Position numbers and translations under genes: made by a program. The notes under the pieces are model-generated. The model was given only the letters and a program-made list of their open reading frames with translations, was not told the DNA's origin and searched no databases. DNA of 64,000 nt from a virus, in IMG/VR virus record IMGVR_UViG_3300036772_000294, positions 1 to 64,000 of that record; one strand, given 5' to 3'. Positions 28,093 to 38,947 of the stretch are shown here, one piece after another; within the stretch, counting starts at the first letter, position 1; each line of letters begins with the position of its first letter.

Positions 28093-28659
28093 TTAAATTT
28101 TTTTGTCGCCTTCAGCAATAGTGACAACCATCTCAAGCAGGTCCAGTTGCGATCCGTTAAGACGTTCGAACTCTGCCTTCCCGCCGGTTGCCATATCGGC
28201 ATGAACCGGCACCAGCCAGGGATATTGTGCTCTCATTGCCGCCGGTGCTGCATGCTGGTGGTGCCATTTGCACAGGGGGAGCTGCTTCTTGTGCGCTCCC
28301 GGCCTGGTCCTCCCATCAATGTGGTGTAAGGATACTTCATGGCTGATAACCCCATGCACGTAGCATGCAATGCACGGTAGGGAACCGATGGACTGAATGA
28401 AGCGAGCCTCTTCAGCTGTCGGTGTGCGGCCCTTAAGCCCCCTGGTACTTTGACTACGCACAGGCAAGGCGTTGAGCTTAGATTTTTTCTCGCGTTGTCG
28501 TGTCGCGCGCCGCTCGGCGGCCGCATATTGTTTCTCATACTGCCGCTTACGGTAATCAGGGTCTGCCAGGCGTTCTCGCTGGCGTTCGATCGCGCACGCC
28601 GTTGCTCGCTTTGCTGCCTCTAAAGCGTTCTGCCGTCGCTCTTCAATTGATTTAGCCAT
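28093..28659 (-). CDS. ref: Recombination enhancement function nuclease Ref (HNH)
   Basis: GLKGRTPTAEE, CIAC, HHIDGRT, LPLCKWHHQ. Confidence 0.95.
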   Translation of the reverse strand: MAKSIEERRQNALEAAKRATACAIERQRERLADPDYRKRQYEKQYAAAERRATRQREKKSKLNALPVRSQSTRGLKGRTPTAEEARFIQSIGSLPCIACYVHGVISHEVSLHHIDGRTRPGAHKKQLPLCKWHHQHAAPAAMRAQYPWLVPVHADMATGGKAEFERLNGSQLDLLEMVVTIAEGDKKI

Positions 28660-28807
28660 AACTTCCCGTTTATGATATTTGCGCAATGTTTAAATGCTGT
28701 AAGGCGTTTGATTACCCCCTGCTTTCCCAGGCGGGGGTAATATTTCATACCTGCTCCCACTCAGCGCCGGTGTCGACCGATACTATTCCATGACATACCC
28801 TCTCAAA

Positions 28808-29066
28808 GAGGTTTGACGGTCAATGATGTAAAAAACCACTTTAAGGCGATACTTGATTGTTTACATTGCGGTTTAATGGAGGAAGTTTTCCCTTTAAAAT
28901 ATCTTCCGGTAGCGTGAATGTATAATGCCCCAGCATATTGATATGGCCGTGTAGAAGTGGTGACAGCCGGGCAATATGTTCATCCTTCAGTGTTTTACCC
29001 GTTGTTGTCCTTATATGCGAAAGTGCTTCCTGTATGTAGAGTGAATTCCACAGCACCACTGCATTA
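28808..29066 (-). mobile_element. Tn3-family remnant: degenerate 38-bp IR plus TnpA C-terminus
   Basis: GAGGTTTGACGGTCAATGATGTAAAAAACCACTTTAAG at 28808-28845; VLWNSLYIQEAL...RLSPLLHGHINMLGHYTF. Confidence 0.85.
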
Positions 29067-29158
29067 GACAGGGAGTTGCATTTAAAACCGTAACGGAGAA
29101 GACAGCTATATCGAGACCAACATTTTTCAGGCTTAAAAAGAGCGTCAGAGACGCCTAG

Positions 29159-29701
29159 TCATAGGCAGGATAAAATAAATTCTGCGCGTTCTTCTACACC
29201 GCAGAGTGGTAATTTGATGAGTTCGTACCCGTGCCTGTTGTAAGACCCAACCATTTCATTGAATGTCTTAACCGCTTCCGGATATAACTGCTTACGCTCG
29301 GTATCCTGTACAAAAATTTCCTTCCAGGGCGGAGCGATAAATACTGCTCGTGCATAACGGAATAATTCAATTGCTCTTTCCACATGTGCCGGCACTGGCA
29401 AGTTTGATAGCGCCAGATAACCGGCAACGTCGGGAAGCCCTCTGTCAAAGAAAAATGGAGCTTTGCTTTCTTCTGCTGCATGCCAGGAACGTAACTCCCA
29501 GTTCAGCATCAACTCAGCAAAAGCTTCCCGATCTCCCCATGGTAGAGCATTTCCGCCGATTACTACCTGATCCCGGATTATTGCGCGACCGGCCTCAGTT
29601 GCAGTTGGGAAACCTTTTGCGCGCAGAGAGTCCAGCAACTTACTTTTACCTGACCCCGGACCACCGGTAATAATAATTCTTCTTTTGTTTTCAGAAAACA
29701 T
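29159..29701 (-). CDS. P-loop ATPase, NadR/AAA_28-like
   Basis: ITGGPGSGKS, FFDRGLPD, APPWKEIFVQDTERKQ. Confidence 0.85.
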   Translation of the reverse strand: MFSENKRRIIITGGPGSGKSKLLDSLRAKGFPTATEAGRAIIRDQVVIGGNALPWGDREAFAELMLNWELRSWHAAEESKAPFFFDRGLPDVAGYLALSNLPVPAHVERAIELFRYARAVFIAPPWKEIFVQDTERKQLYPEAVKTFNEMVGSYNRHGYELIKLPLCGVEERAEFILSCL

Positions 29702-29802
29702 AAAAATGCTCCTGTTTACCGCAAAAATAGCATGTAGAGAGCAGGTTATTTCATCATAGCCTGACGAGGGCATTAATGATTTTCATCATTAATAACATGA
29801 GC

Positions 29803-30087
29803 TTATCTGATTAGCGTGGTTTTTTTACACGATTGACCTTCAAACCCCTCAAACTCTTCTTTGTACGGAATAGCCGTAGGGTGCTGCTGTCCCAGATAAT
29901 GTCGATGCCCAGCAATGAACGCAGCTGGGCATGAGCAATATGAACTGTAGTCAATACCTTCACCTTTACGCGCCGTGCGTACACCGTCTACCCATGAAGT
30001 GAGAAAATCCGTTCGATCGGCCAGCTCAATTGCTGGTGGGGAGCTTTCTTCTACAAGAGTGAGAATGCTGGGATAACGCCTAGGCAT
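29803..30087 (-). CDS. Hypothetical protein
   Basis: 94-aa ORF with a plausible RBS only. Confidence 0.35.
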   Translation of the reverse strand: MPRRYPSILTLVEESSPPAIELADRTDFLTSWVDGVRTARKGEGIDYSSYCSCPAAFIAGHRHYLGQQHPTAIPYKEEFEGFEGQSCKKTTLIR

Positions 30088-30161
30088 TACCTGTCACATC
30101 CTCTCCCCAATAGTGGCCAATGGATGGGTCGACAAATGAAATGTCCCTGGTTACTATCCGA

Positions 30162-33100
30162 CTAGAAATTATACTTAATACCCAGTGTGGCACTGGTATC
30201 ACTATACCCTTTATCACCTACCTGTGTACCGACATTACCCCATAAATTGACACGTGGGTTAATTTGTCCTTCAATGCCCACTTTAACCTCGCCAATATTA
30301 CGAGCCCCTGCCTGACTGATTCGTGCTCCGTCCATTGTTGCACTATAGCTACGTGTATTATGCAGCCAGTTCGCTTCAATAAACGGTTCGAACTCTCGCC
30401 CTTTTCCTTCATCAATAGCATTGTGGCTCTTGAGATAAGTCCTTAAGCCAAGGCGCGTTTGAACATTTCCGTCTCCGTCGCTACTGACTCGCGTACCGTT
30501 GGCCTCTCTGTGGTCGTCTGCTTTCACGCCCATCCAAGTTGCTTGTGCTTGAGGTTGAATAAACCATTGGTTCAGAGTTCCATGGCTACCCGAAAACTCC
30601 CCCATCTTGAAGGTGTAACCACTTTCTAATGAAGCAGTGAACCCTTTAGATTTGTAAGATTCTTCAGCAAGTTCCTGTCCGTTCACGTGGTTGTTAAACC
30701 AGCTGTACTGGAGCCAGCTATCAACATACAAGCCCGCTTTATCAGCATCATTTGCAAACCATGTACCGTAGATGCCTGCGCTGTAACCATTGACGGAACC
30801 CTTCGAACTATAATCAGTCACTGAAGAATGGGTATTATTATGATTATTGCCATAACCAGCCATCAGACCAAGATGACCACGGTCAAGTCCATCTGAAGAC
30901 CATTGAGCTATATCTCCGCCCAATTGTGCAACATAACTATTGCTCTGGGTTTTTAATTGGCTACTACCATCGCGCCAGTTATTATGACTACCGACTTGTC
31001 GTAACCACAGGCTGGTGACCTTTTTTTCACCTGTCAGAGCATCTACGTATTGGGTTTCACCAAGACGGTCATGGAGGGTTGTGTTGAATAGTCTGTTTGC
31101 TGCGGCAAGGTTTTCTACGTAACTTCCGCCTTCAGGGCGAACATTTGGGTTAACAGGGTCAACAGGATCGACAGGGTCAACAGGGTCAACAGGGTCAACA
31201 GGATCGACAGGCTTTGTATTTGTTAAATACCAGTTGTTGCTATTGCTTCCGGTCCCACGAACCAGAGAATAGTCATAAGCTCCAGCGACTATACGACCAG
31301 CCTGTGTAAAAATACCATCAGATTTGCCGTTAACATCGATAAGCTCAATACCATTCAGAGTGTAATCACCAGCACCACCGGCATTCGTTACGCTGACAGA
31401 GGTGTTTCCTGAAGTATCGCCTGCGATCACCAGCTTGTCGGTTACAGAGCTATCGTTTCCTAGTGTGGTATTGAACTGTAAATGCCCATTGTCACCGATG
31501 TAATTTCCATTCACAGTTAAAGTGGTACCAGCAACAGGATTATTGTTTGCGTCGTTGTGTCCAATAACAACCGTACCGCTGTTGGTCAATTCTCCAATCT
31601 GGTATTGAGATGGCAGTGGTGCGCCGACTGATGCTCGTGAAACAGCATCATTTTGTCCAAGGTATAATGTTCCCTGGTTATTTACTTTCCCTGTACCGAT
31701 AGCTTGATTAGCAAGCATTCTAACTACACCATCAGAAGCTATAGTGGTATCAACAGACATATCCGAGTTATCGCTACTTATGGTAAGAGTGCCCCCGGTA
31801 ACGTTAAGACTGCCTTCACCAGTCATCGCACCGTCAACCTGCCCATTGTTTACTGTCAGAGCCCCTTTGCTAAAATCAAGTGTACTGCCTGACTCAGTGA
31901 CCAGATTCCTTAATGTTTGGCTGTAACCATTCATATCCAGATGCGTCCCGTCAGCCAGATTGAGCAAACGAGTGTTGCCCAGTACATCATTGTTTCCCAT
32001 TTTTAGCCCGCCAGCGGTTACCCATGTGGCGCCGGTGTAGCTGTTCCCGCTGTTGGATAATGAAACATCAGTATCTGTATCTATCCTGAGGTCACCATTG
32101 CCTACTACCTGAGCACTGAGGTCTGCTGCATTGCCAGTATTACCGTCTGCCGTTAGTGTTAAAGCATTATCTCCCTGTGCCAACAGCTCAACTTTGGTTA
32201 GACCATAATTTATATACAGGCCGTCACTATTGTCACCGCTTGTAAGACGATAATCATAGGTGCCCTGGGCAACGGTCTCTCCGCCTTGAGTGATATTGTT
32301 TACAACAGCATCAGATATTACATTACCATTTTGATCTATTAGGTTAAGATCACCGCCGCTACCTGTTATTGTTCCTGTGCTGTCGGCAAGCTTAACCATA
32401 ACCCCGGCATCATCCTGTTGAAGTAGAGGACGCGTGCCATCCGGCGCATGAGGTATGTTGTCAAAACTATCGCTGTCAGTAATTTGAATAGACCCTTTGC
32501 CAGTTAAGTCTAGGTTCTTACTCGTCTCTATAAAATTATCACTTGTAGTACTTCCTGGCGAAATATCCCCGAAAACGAGTGTTCCACCATTAAAAGCTAA
32601 CCCACCGATGTTTTGGGTACCACTGCCGACAGTTGTCGTGTTTTCATTTCCAATATGCAGTGTGGCATTTACCAGGGTGGCTGTATTCACGCCATCTAAT
32701 ACAAATTTATTCGTTTCGAGGAGAACGTCGCCTGAGAATTCATTGCCAACGGAAGATGAAAAATTAAAATCGTTGCCATCATTTTTTGCAGTTAGCTGAC
32801 CATCGCCAGTAAGTTTATTATCAAATGAAAATGAATCATTTGTATCTGCAATTAAAGAACCATTTTCGGCAATGTTTATACTACCACTACCAAAATTATC
32901 ATGGCTATTAGTCGCATTCTGAGCTGATGTTGCTACACCAACAACATTCCAATTACCGGCGTAGATGCTGTTGTCACTGACGATTTTCGCATCCCCCGAA
33001 ACGGTTGTGTCGCCACTACCACTCAGAGTATTGGTGAACTCAGACCCATCAGTATAGGCAATGTCTAAACCTTTAGTTATATCACCAGGGTCAGTATTAA

Positions 33101-34496
33101 CTACCACATCCCCACTTCCCAGTGCCTTGCTGTCCGCAATCGAAAGCAGGCCACCATTGATGACCGTGCCGCCATTATAGTTTGACGCGGCGCTTAATGT
33201 TGTGTGTCCTGACTGCTGCTCGACGCTTCCCGCCCCATCAATTGCCACATCAAATACATAACCACCTGCACCGATTTCAGTTGGTTTATTATTGTTGAAA
33301 ATGACTTTATTATCGCCATCACCTGACATAGTGATGCTTTTAGCAGATATGCCTGCCGGAGACCCATATTTTGAATCACCAATATAAAGATTTACGGCAC
33401 TACCATTCACACTGCTAAGATTGATATCTTTCTCACTGGTTACTTTAGCACCATGGCCAAATATTACATCAGTGGTGTTACCACTAACTGTTGATGAAAT
33501 ATTAAAGGCACCAAGAGTGGTTACACCGGAACCTCCAGCATTGATGATTTGCAATCCTGTGTTTCCAACATTTTTACCGATCACATTGATATCACCATTG
33601 ACATTTACAACAGCGGAATAAATCCCTGCGGTAGTGCTAACGGAGTTAATATCAGAAGATAATTTAACATTATTTGTTAATGTTAGATCACCGCCAACAT
33701 TAATACCTCGTGTGCTACTATCATTACTAACCAGAAGCGAACCATTGGTTGTGTCGAGATAAAGATTGCCTCCAACATTAAGGTTTGAATTTCCTGCTAA
33801 AAGGAAGCTACCCCCGGTCTTGTTAATGACAGTCATATCATTGACGACATTAATGTCAGCACCTAGTTCTGAATTACTTGGTTTATCAATGAATAAATCG
33901 TTTTTGTCAGCTTCAAGATCAATACTATTTGCGTTCAGTTTTGCTGTGGAAGTTGAAGAACCAAACATCCAGATTGTGGCGTCCGTTGCGCCAGGAGCAG
34001 TTTTTAAATCACCGATAGATAACGTTCCTGCTGAGCCACCAGACTGTTCACTGGTCAACCCCCCAACTTGAGCACCGCCTATTTGTAATAGACTATTGTT
34101 GCCCATCTGCAGGTTGCCAGTATTGCTAGCAGTTAATGAGCCACCATTGATCCATAAAGAAGTATTTCCCCCACCCGCTGGAGCCATATTCAAAGTAGTG
34201 TTACCAGATGAGTTGGAAACAGTAACATCTGCACCAGCGTCCACTTGAACGGTTGCCGTCGTGTTCCACTGCATACCATCAGTGATTGACGTAGATGAGT
34301 TAAAATCTGTATAACCATTAATATCAATCGCATAAGCGTTGCTGGTCATTGCAAGAAGTGCTGCTGCGGTTGCGAGGGCCATGGATCTCGTTTTGGCTTT
34401 TGAGGACGAACTTTTAGTTTTCCCTTTTCCAAACTCTGAAACAACAGTCCATGCCATTAAAGAATGATTCCAGACAATATTATAAATGAGATTCAT
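30162..34496 (-). CDS. AIDA/MisL/ShdA-like type Va autotransporter adhesin
   Basis: Extended signal peptide (YNIVWNHSLMAWTVVSE), beta-helix passenger with PATR repeats, pertactin-like domain, PVD linker, beta-barrel ending KYNF. Confidence 0.95.
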   Translation of the reverse strand: MNLIYNIVWNHSLMAWTVVSEFGKGKTKSSSSKAKTRSMALATAAALLAMTSNAYAIDINGYTDFNSSTSITDGMQWNTTATVQVDAGADVTVSNSSGNTTLNMAPAGGGNTSLWINGGSLTASNTGNLQMGNNSLLQIGGAQVGGLTSEQSGGSAGTLSIGDLKTAPGATDATIWMFGSSTSTAKLNANSIDLEADKNDLFIDKPSNSELGADINVVNDMTVINKTGGSFLLAGNSNLNVGGNLYLDTTNGSLLVSNDSSTRGINVGGDLTLTNNVKLSSDINSVSTTAGIYSAVVNVNGDINVIGKNVGNTGLQIINAGGSGVTTLGAFNISSTVSGNTTDVIFGHGAKVTSEKDINLSSVNGSAVNLYIGDSKYGSPAGISAKSITMSGDGDNKVIFNNNKPTEIGAGGYVFDVAIDGAGSVEQQSGHTTLSAASNYNGGTVINGGLLSIADSKALGSGDVVVNTDPGDITKGLDIAYTDGSEFTNTLSGSGDTTVSGDAKIVSDNSIYAGNWNVVGVATSAQNATNSHDNFGSGSINIAENGSLIADTNDSFSFDNKLTGDGQLTAKNDGNDFNFSSSVGNEFSGDVLLETNKFVLDGVNTATLVNATLHIGNENTTTVGSGTQNIGGLAFNGGTLVFGDISPGSTTSDNFIETSKNLDLTGKGSIQITDSDSFDNIPHAPDGTRPLLQQDDAGVMVKLADSTGTITGSGGDLNLIDQNGNVISDAVVNNITQGGETVAQGTYDYRLTSGDNSDGLYINYGLTKVELLAQGDNALTLTADGNTGNAADLSAQVVGNGDLRIDTDTDVSLSNSGNSYTGATWVTAGGLKMGNNDVLGNTRLLNLADGTHLDMNGYSQTLRNLVTESGSTLDFSKGALTVNNGQVDGAMTGEGSLNVTGGTLTISSDNSDMSVDTTIASDGVVRMLANQAIGTGKVNNQGTLYLGQNDAVSRASVGAPLPSQYQIGELTNSGTVVIGHNDANNNPVAGTTLTVNGNYIGDNGHLQFNTTLGNDSSVTDKLVIAGDTSGNTSVSVTNAGGAGDYTLNGIELIDVNGKSDGIFTQAGRIVAGAYDYSLVRGTGSNSNNWYLTNTKPVDPVDPVDPVDPVDPVDPVNPNVRPEGGSYVENLAAANRLFNTTLHDRLGETQYVDALTGEKKVTSLWLRQVGSHNNWRDGSSQLKTQSNSYVAQLGGDIAQWSSDGLDRGHLGLMAGYGNNHNNTHSSVTDYSSKGSVNGYSAGIYGTWFANDADKAGLYVDSWLQYSWFNNHVNGQELAEESYKSKGFTASLESGYTFKMGEFSGSHGTLNQWFIQPQAQATWMGVKADDHREANGTRVSSDGDGNVQTRLGLRTYLKSHNAIDEGKGREFEPFIEANWLHNTRSYSATMDGARISQAGARNIGEVKVGIEGQINPRVNLWGNVGTQVGDKGYSDTSATLGIKYNF
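31151..31211. repeat. 9-bp coding tandem repeat (PVD)n
   Basis: PVDPVDPVDPVDPVDPVDPVN linker. Confidence 0.9.
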
Positions 34497-35641
34497 ATTT
34501 TGATAAAACCTTCAGAGGATGATTATACTGGCCGATGGAGGAGGCGACACTGGCTGAACATCGTAAAGCCATTGAGAACAACAAGGATAGTTCATGTACC
34601 ACGAAGGTGGTATTCCAATGTTCACTAAACATACATTACCTCAATAGTGTAGCCACTATCAGACGTATTCTGTGAACATATAGAACTAAAAAAAAGATCA
34701 AAACGCAACTAATTGTCATACAAATTAGTCTGCTAATGATTTTTTGGGAAAGGACATCAATAATTAACTAATTGTTTTATTTGATATTACCTCAAGCAAC
34801 AAGACTAACCGAATATAGGAAAAAACAATCGTAAACCAATCCATGTGGTTTCAAAAATTAAATTATGTTCTGACTAACCAATCTATTGAGACCATAGCCA
34901 TGTTGAATAGCATTGTGCATCCACCCTGTAGACCCGCACTCTCCGTTGTTAGCAAGCCGAAGCTCTACCCACAAAACTAAACTGTAGTGCCCTATTGGTC
35001 TTTTACTCGTCCATCAATTAACTGTGTGCATAATATCGTTATGTTTTTAATTTTCAAACTTCGCGACAACCAAATTACATCATTTAAGATCTTTCTGGGA
35101 AAAAGTCCATTTATTCCTATTCTCATAAATGATTTTTTTAACGAAATAATTATCTATTTTATCTTACTACTGATAAGGAACAGTGCTTATATCACCTGGT
35201 GGCATCCCACAGTGGCCGGAATTCTGATATTGGTTTGGAGTCTTACAATGATATAACAAATAAGTCGAGAAACATTTAGTATTACTTTATTTCGTCATTT
35301 GCATTTTTCTCATTTAAATCAATAACATAAGACATTTCATCCCGTAACTAACTATATTTTGAATCTTAAAGATGTTTTTCATTTAATCTTTAAAAATCAT
35401 GTGATTATGTTCTTTTGGATTTTGATTGATAACTATTCCCTGAAGGTTTTTGTGATATTGATTTGCATTATTCCTATTTTTTGTTTTTTATATACACCGA
35501 ACTTTGTTTTTAATTAATGAGATTTAACATGCTGAGCCAATGATTATCATCCAGTCTACGAAAAATTATTAACATTGTTTATATCATTTGCCACTTAACT
35601 TACGGGGGCCCTCACGAGGCGGGCTAGTACTTTTAAGATGC

Positions 35642-36202
35642 ATGAAAAACATACTACGAACGAGTGTTGCTATGCGTATCATTTCTGATAATCTGTATCT
35701 ACACGCAGGACTGTCTTTTTTAGTCGAAAATTCATTACCAGAAGCCAAAACTAAACGATTGGTATTCATTGATACTACATATTTAGCAGAACTTACTGCT
35801 GCTGATTTTGACGGGTTCGTTATCTATATCACCCCGAAGAGATTTAATACCGGTTGGGAGACGATGTTCTACACCGAAGTCAAAAAAGGTGAGACCATAG
35901 ATATGACGATGCCTGTTACAGATATCAGAGAAAAAATCGAAAGGTTTGTATTTTTCGATGATGTACCCTTAGGTAGCATACAGCCTCAGTTTAGATTAAC
36001 ACAAAAGGAGGCATCGACAATAAAATCCATTGCCTGCGGAATGACTCCTGATAATTGTAGTAAGCTTACTGGCATTAGCATCAAGACTATTAGTTCACAC
36101 AAAAGAAGCGCCATGGAGAAACTGGGGCTAAAGACTCAACAGGAATTATTTTGCACCCTAAGGTTATTAATGAAATATACTAAGGCCATGCATGTGAATT
36201 GA
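35642..36202 (+). CDS. LuxR-family HTH regulator
   Basis: LTQKE...ISIKTISSHKRSAMEKLG; divergent from the autotransporter. Confidence 0.9.
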   Translation: MKNILRTSVAMRIISDNLYLHAGLSFLVENSLPEAKTKRLVFIDTTYLAELTAADFDGFVIYITPKRFNTGWETMFYTEVKKGETIDMTMPVTDIREKIERFVFFDDVPLGSIQPQFRLTQKEASTIKSIACGMTPDNCSKLTGISIKTISSHKRSAMEKLGLKTQQELFCTLRLLMKYTKAMHVN

Positions 36203-36373
36203 CTTAAAATTGCCCCGTCAATCCTATTTAATTAGTTTTTTAGTTTGCTGAGTCAAACTCACATTCCGTTATTTTCCTCTATTATCATCTCGATTCTGGT
36301 AGCCGGGCTGCATCTACGCTTGTCTGTTGCCGAGCAGGACCGTCGCTGCAGAGGTTAATTGGAGTACTGATAA

Positions 36374-36980
36374 ATGAAACGTTTACGCTTATCACATCCG
36401 CCTGCGAACACAGCCTTCTCTCCGGGCCTGCGCCGTCTAACCTGGCTTAATATCGCCATGCAGGCAGTATTTCCCTTGGCGGTTGCCTTCACTCCAATGA
36501 TGGCTGGGGCCGGTGTCGCCCCTGCCGGAAGTGCTCTTGAAAAATGATGCTTTCGCGAATGATATAGCAGAACAAAATAGTGATGAGCAGACACAGAAAG
36601 TGTCCGGGTATGCTTAACAGGCGGGCAGTTTTTTGAGTTCCGGTGCCGCTACGTCCATGGCCCGCGGCATGGCTACGGGAGACGTGGGAGGAGCTCTTCA
36701 GCAGTGGCTGAGCCGATTTGGTTCCGCACGCGTTTAATTGGACGCGGATAAAAACTTCTCCTTGAAGAATTCCCAGTTTGAGCTGCTTCTTCCATTGTAT
36801 GAGCAGCGACAGGATTGTCTTTACTCAGGGCAGTCTGCACCGCACTGACAGCAGAGCTCAGGCTAATTTAGGAGCCGGTGTCCGCTACTTTTATAATTCC
36901 TAGATGTTCGAGGCCAACACCTTCCTTGATTACGGCCTATCCCGCGACCACGCACGGGCGGGGCAGGTCTTGAATAATGG
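36374..36980 (+). pseudogene. Invasin/intimin (inverse autotransporter) pseudogene
   Basis: WLNIAMQAVFPLAVAFTP; QQWLSRFGSARV*LDADKNFSLKNSQF; TQGSLHRTDSRAQANLGAG; contains stops and frameshifts. Confidence 0.85.
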
Positions 36981-37016
36981 GGTTCATGAAGAATTAAATA
37001 ATCCTGAGCGGTCAGG

Positions 37017-38069
37017 TTAATCAAAATAGTCCTGCATCATTTTGAACATGGCACCTTCGGCCGCGGCTTGTTTACGTATATAGCGTTGCACTGTTTTGGC
37101 ATCGCGCCAGCCTCCGGCTTCCATGATGAGCGGCTGGGCTACGTTGCTGGCCGCCATATCCTGGGCGGCGCCCACGCGGGAACTGTGGCCTGTCCAAGTC
37201 TGGTATCTTTCTCCGGCTTCACCCAATTCCCCATTTTTGTTTAGCGCCCCCCAGCCCGCGGAGAAAATTGTCCGAAGGCCATCGGTAGTCATCGGCTTAC
37301 CGCTCGGCATGGCTTTGTTGTATTTATTCACCCGACAAAACATCGGCTGCCTCGGCTCATTTGTCAGCTCTGCCAGCATTAGCCAATGCCTGATCAGGTC
37401 TACGCACCATTTAGACAGGTATTTATACTCACCGTCGCCCGAAAGGTTTGTTTTGGTCCGGGCGACATAAAGCAGACCGGTGCCGTCGGGGTTAACGTCC
37501 AGATCGCCGACAACAAGCCGCGACATTTCGGAGATTCGCAGCAGCGTATGAAAGGCAACAGAGAGAAAGGCCAGGTTGCGAGCCTGCGTGAGGGAGGTTT
37601 TGTCATTCCAGACCATCATTAGCATTTTGATGTGGTCACGGCGAAGCGGGATCGCCTGGCCGATTGTTTCTCCATTCTCTACTGCGTTGCGGCGAATTTT
37701 CTTCAGCACGCGCTGCACCGTCGGGCTGGCCGTTGCGGGGATAAGTCCGGCGTTCTTTTCTACCATAGCGATTAGCGCCGCGTGGGTTGAAATGCTGTTA
37801 CTCGCCAGGCGGGTAGATAGCTCCTCGAGGTAATTTCTGAGCGATTCCGGCTGCACTGGAAGTTGCGCTACGCGATTTCTGACGCACCACGCGGCCCATT
37901 GTCCCCAAACATTTACGAGAGCGCGCCAAGTTTGTTCAGAATATGCACCGCGATCGGACTCAAATGCCTCAATATTTGCCAGCACAGCATTCAATTCAGT
38001 CGTAAGTGGTTCGACCACAGGCGACTGGCTGCCATCAAAAGGGGCTGGAAGCGTATTTTTAGAGGTCAT
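37017..38069 (-). CDS. cre: Cre-like tyrosine recombinase
   Basis: LLRISE (R), RTKT (K), WTGHSSRVGAAQDM (HxxR), GGW (W), VQRY (Y); 350 aa. Confidence 0.9.
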   Translation of the reverse strand: MTSKNTLPAPFDGSQSPVVEPLTTELNAVLANIEAFESDRGAYSEQTWRALVNVWGQWAAWCVRNRVAQLPVQPESLRNYLEELSTRLASNSISTHAALIAMVEKNAGLIPATASPTVQRVLKKIRRNAVENGETIGQAIPLRRDHIKMLMMVWNDKTSLTQARNLAFLSVAFHTLLRISEMSRLVVGDLDVNPDGTGLLYVARTKTNLSGDGEYKYLSKWCVDLIRHWLMLAELTNEPRQPMFCRVNKYNKAMPSGKPMTTDGLRTIFSAGWGALNKNGELGEAGERYQTWTGHSSRVGAAQDMAASNVAQPLIMEAGGWRDAKTVQRYIRKQAAAEGAMFKMMQDYFD

Positions 38070-38285
38070 ATCGTTACACCGTCACGTTTTGAGACATAAG
38101 GCTTTGAAGAGCGGCTGGCCGTTCTGGAATCTCTTCCTTTATATAGCTACTCATCAAACTTTCAGAATCAAACTCGCTACGACGTTTACAGAAACGTAAC
38201 GGCCAGAAATTAAGTTGAGCCATTTCTTCACATAACCAAAAGGAGTTATGCGTCATTTATAGGCTGCTGCTAAATCCTGAGATTC

Positions 38286-38319
38286 TTAACTTAGTATAAT
38301 GCCACTTATACTAAGTTAA
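38286..38319. other. lox-type recombination site (13-8-13)
   Basis: TTAACTTAGTATA-ATGCCACT-TATACTAAGTTAA, perfect inverted arms upstream of cre. Confidence 0.9.
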
Positions 38320-38488
38320 AGCGATTTTGAATAAAACTTGCCTTTTCCGTACACGTTGTAACATTTGACGCCCATTTGGACATTAAGCGGCATTCGACAG
38401 GATTCTGATACGTCCGTCTGGGGTAACATAGCGTTTCATTATTTCCTTACGTAATGATTCACTTTGTCATTTTTCAGAAGAGTTCACG

Positions 38489-38722
38489 ATGTTCACAACC
38501 TTTACACCGACCCAAATTGATGAGCAGCGCCAAAGACTAAAACTTGCGATTGATGATCCCGACATGTTACCGATGCTAACCGATCATCTCCTCGCCGTTG
38601 GAGACTTTAACCCGGGAACCGAAAAGGAAGCGCGGTTGTTACGAAAGCAGATGGAAACTTGCATCGTTAACTCATACGCCTTAAGCGCAATTGGTGCTCA
38701 TGTTTCTATCCAGGCCGCATAG
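38489..38722 (+). CDS. Coi-like C1 inactivator (positional call)
   Basis: 77 aa between lox and c1 as in P1; only weak N-terminal resemblance. Confidence 0.45.
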   Translation: MFTTFTPTQIDEQRQRLKLAIDDPDMLPMLTDHLLAVGDFNPGTEKEARLLRKQMETCIVNSYALSAIGAHVSIQAA

Positions 38723-38947
38723 ACCACGCCAACCGCAAATTGGTGATCCATTCCCATTTTGCGGTTATTTACCCCCGTTAATACGTCCAAACAGGTAATT
38801 CGTCCTAAAAATTCCGCCTCCCGCCACGCAGCACCCCCTCATTTCAAAAGTTTGCTTGCTTTACTCACTACACTGCCGATAATGACCATTGGATACTAAA
38901 CTCCAGTTTTATTCCGTACACATTCAAGCAACGACTTTGGAAGAATT

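Noticed and set aside
34987-35256. 89-aa hydrophobic ORF
   Set aside because: No RBS; AT-rich regulatory DNA produces such ORFs by chance.
36979-37016. GGGG-starting sequence as the partner Tn3 IR
   Set aside because: Little similarity to the 28808 IR beyond the first bases; no target-site duplication seen.
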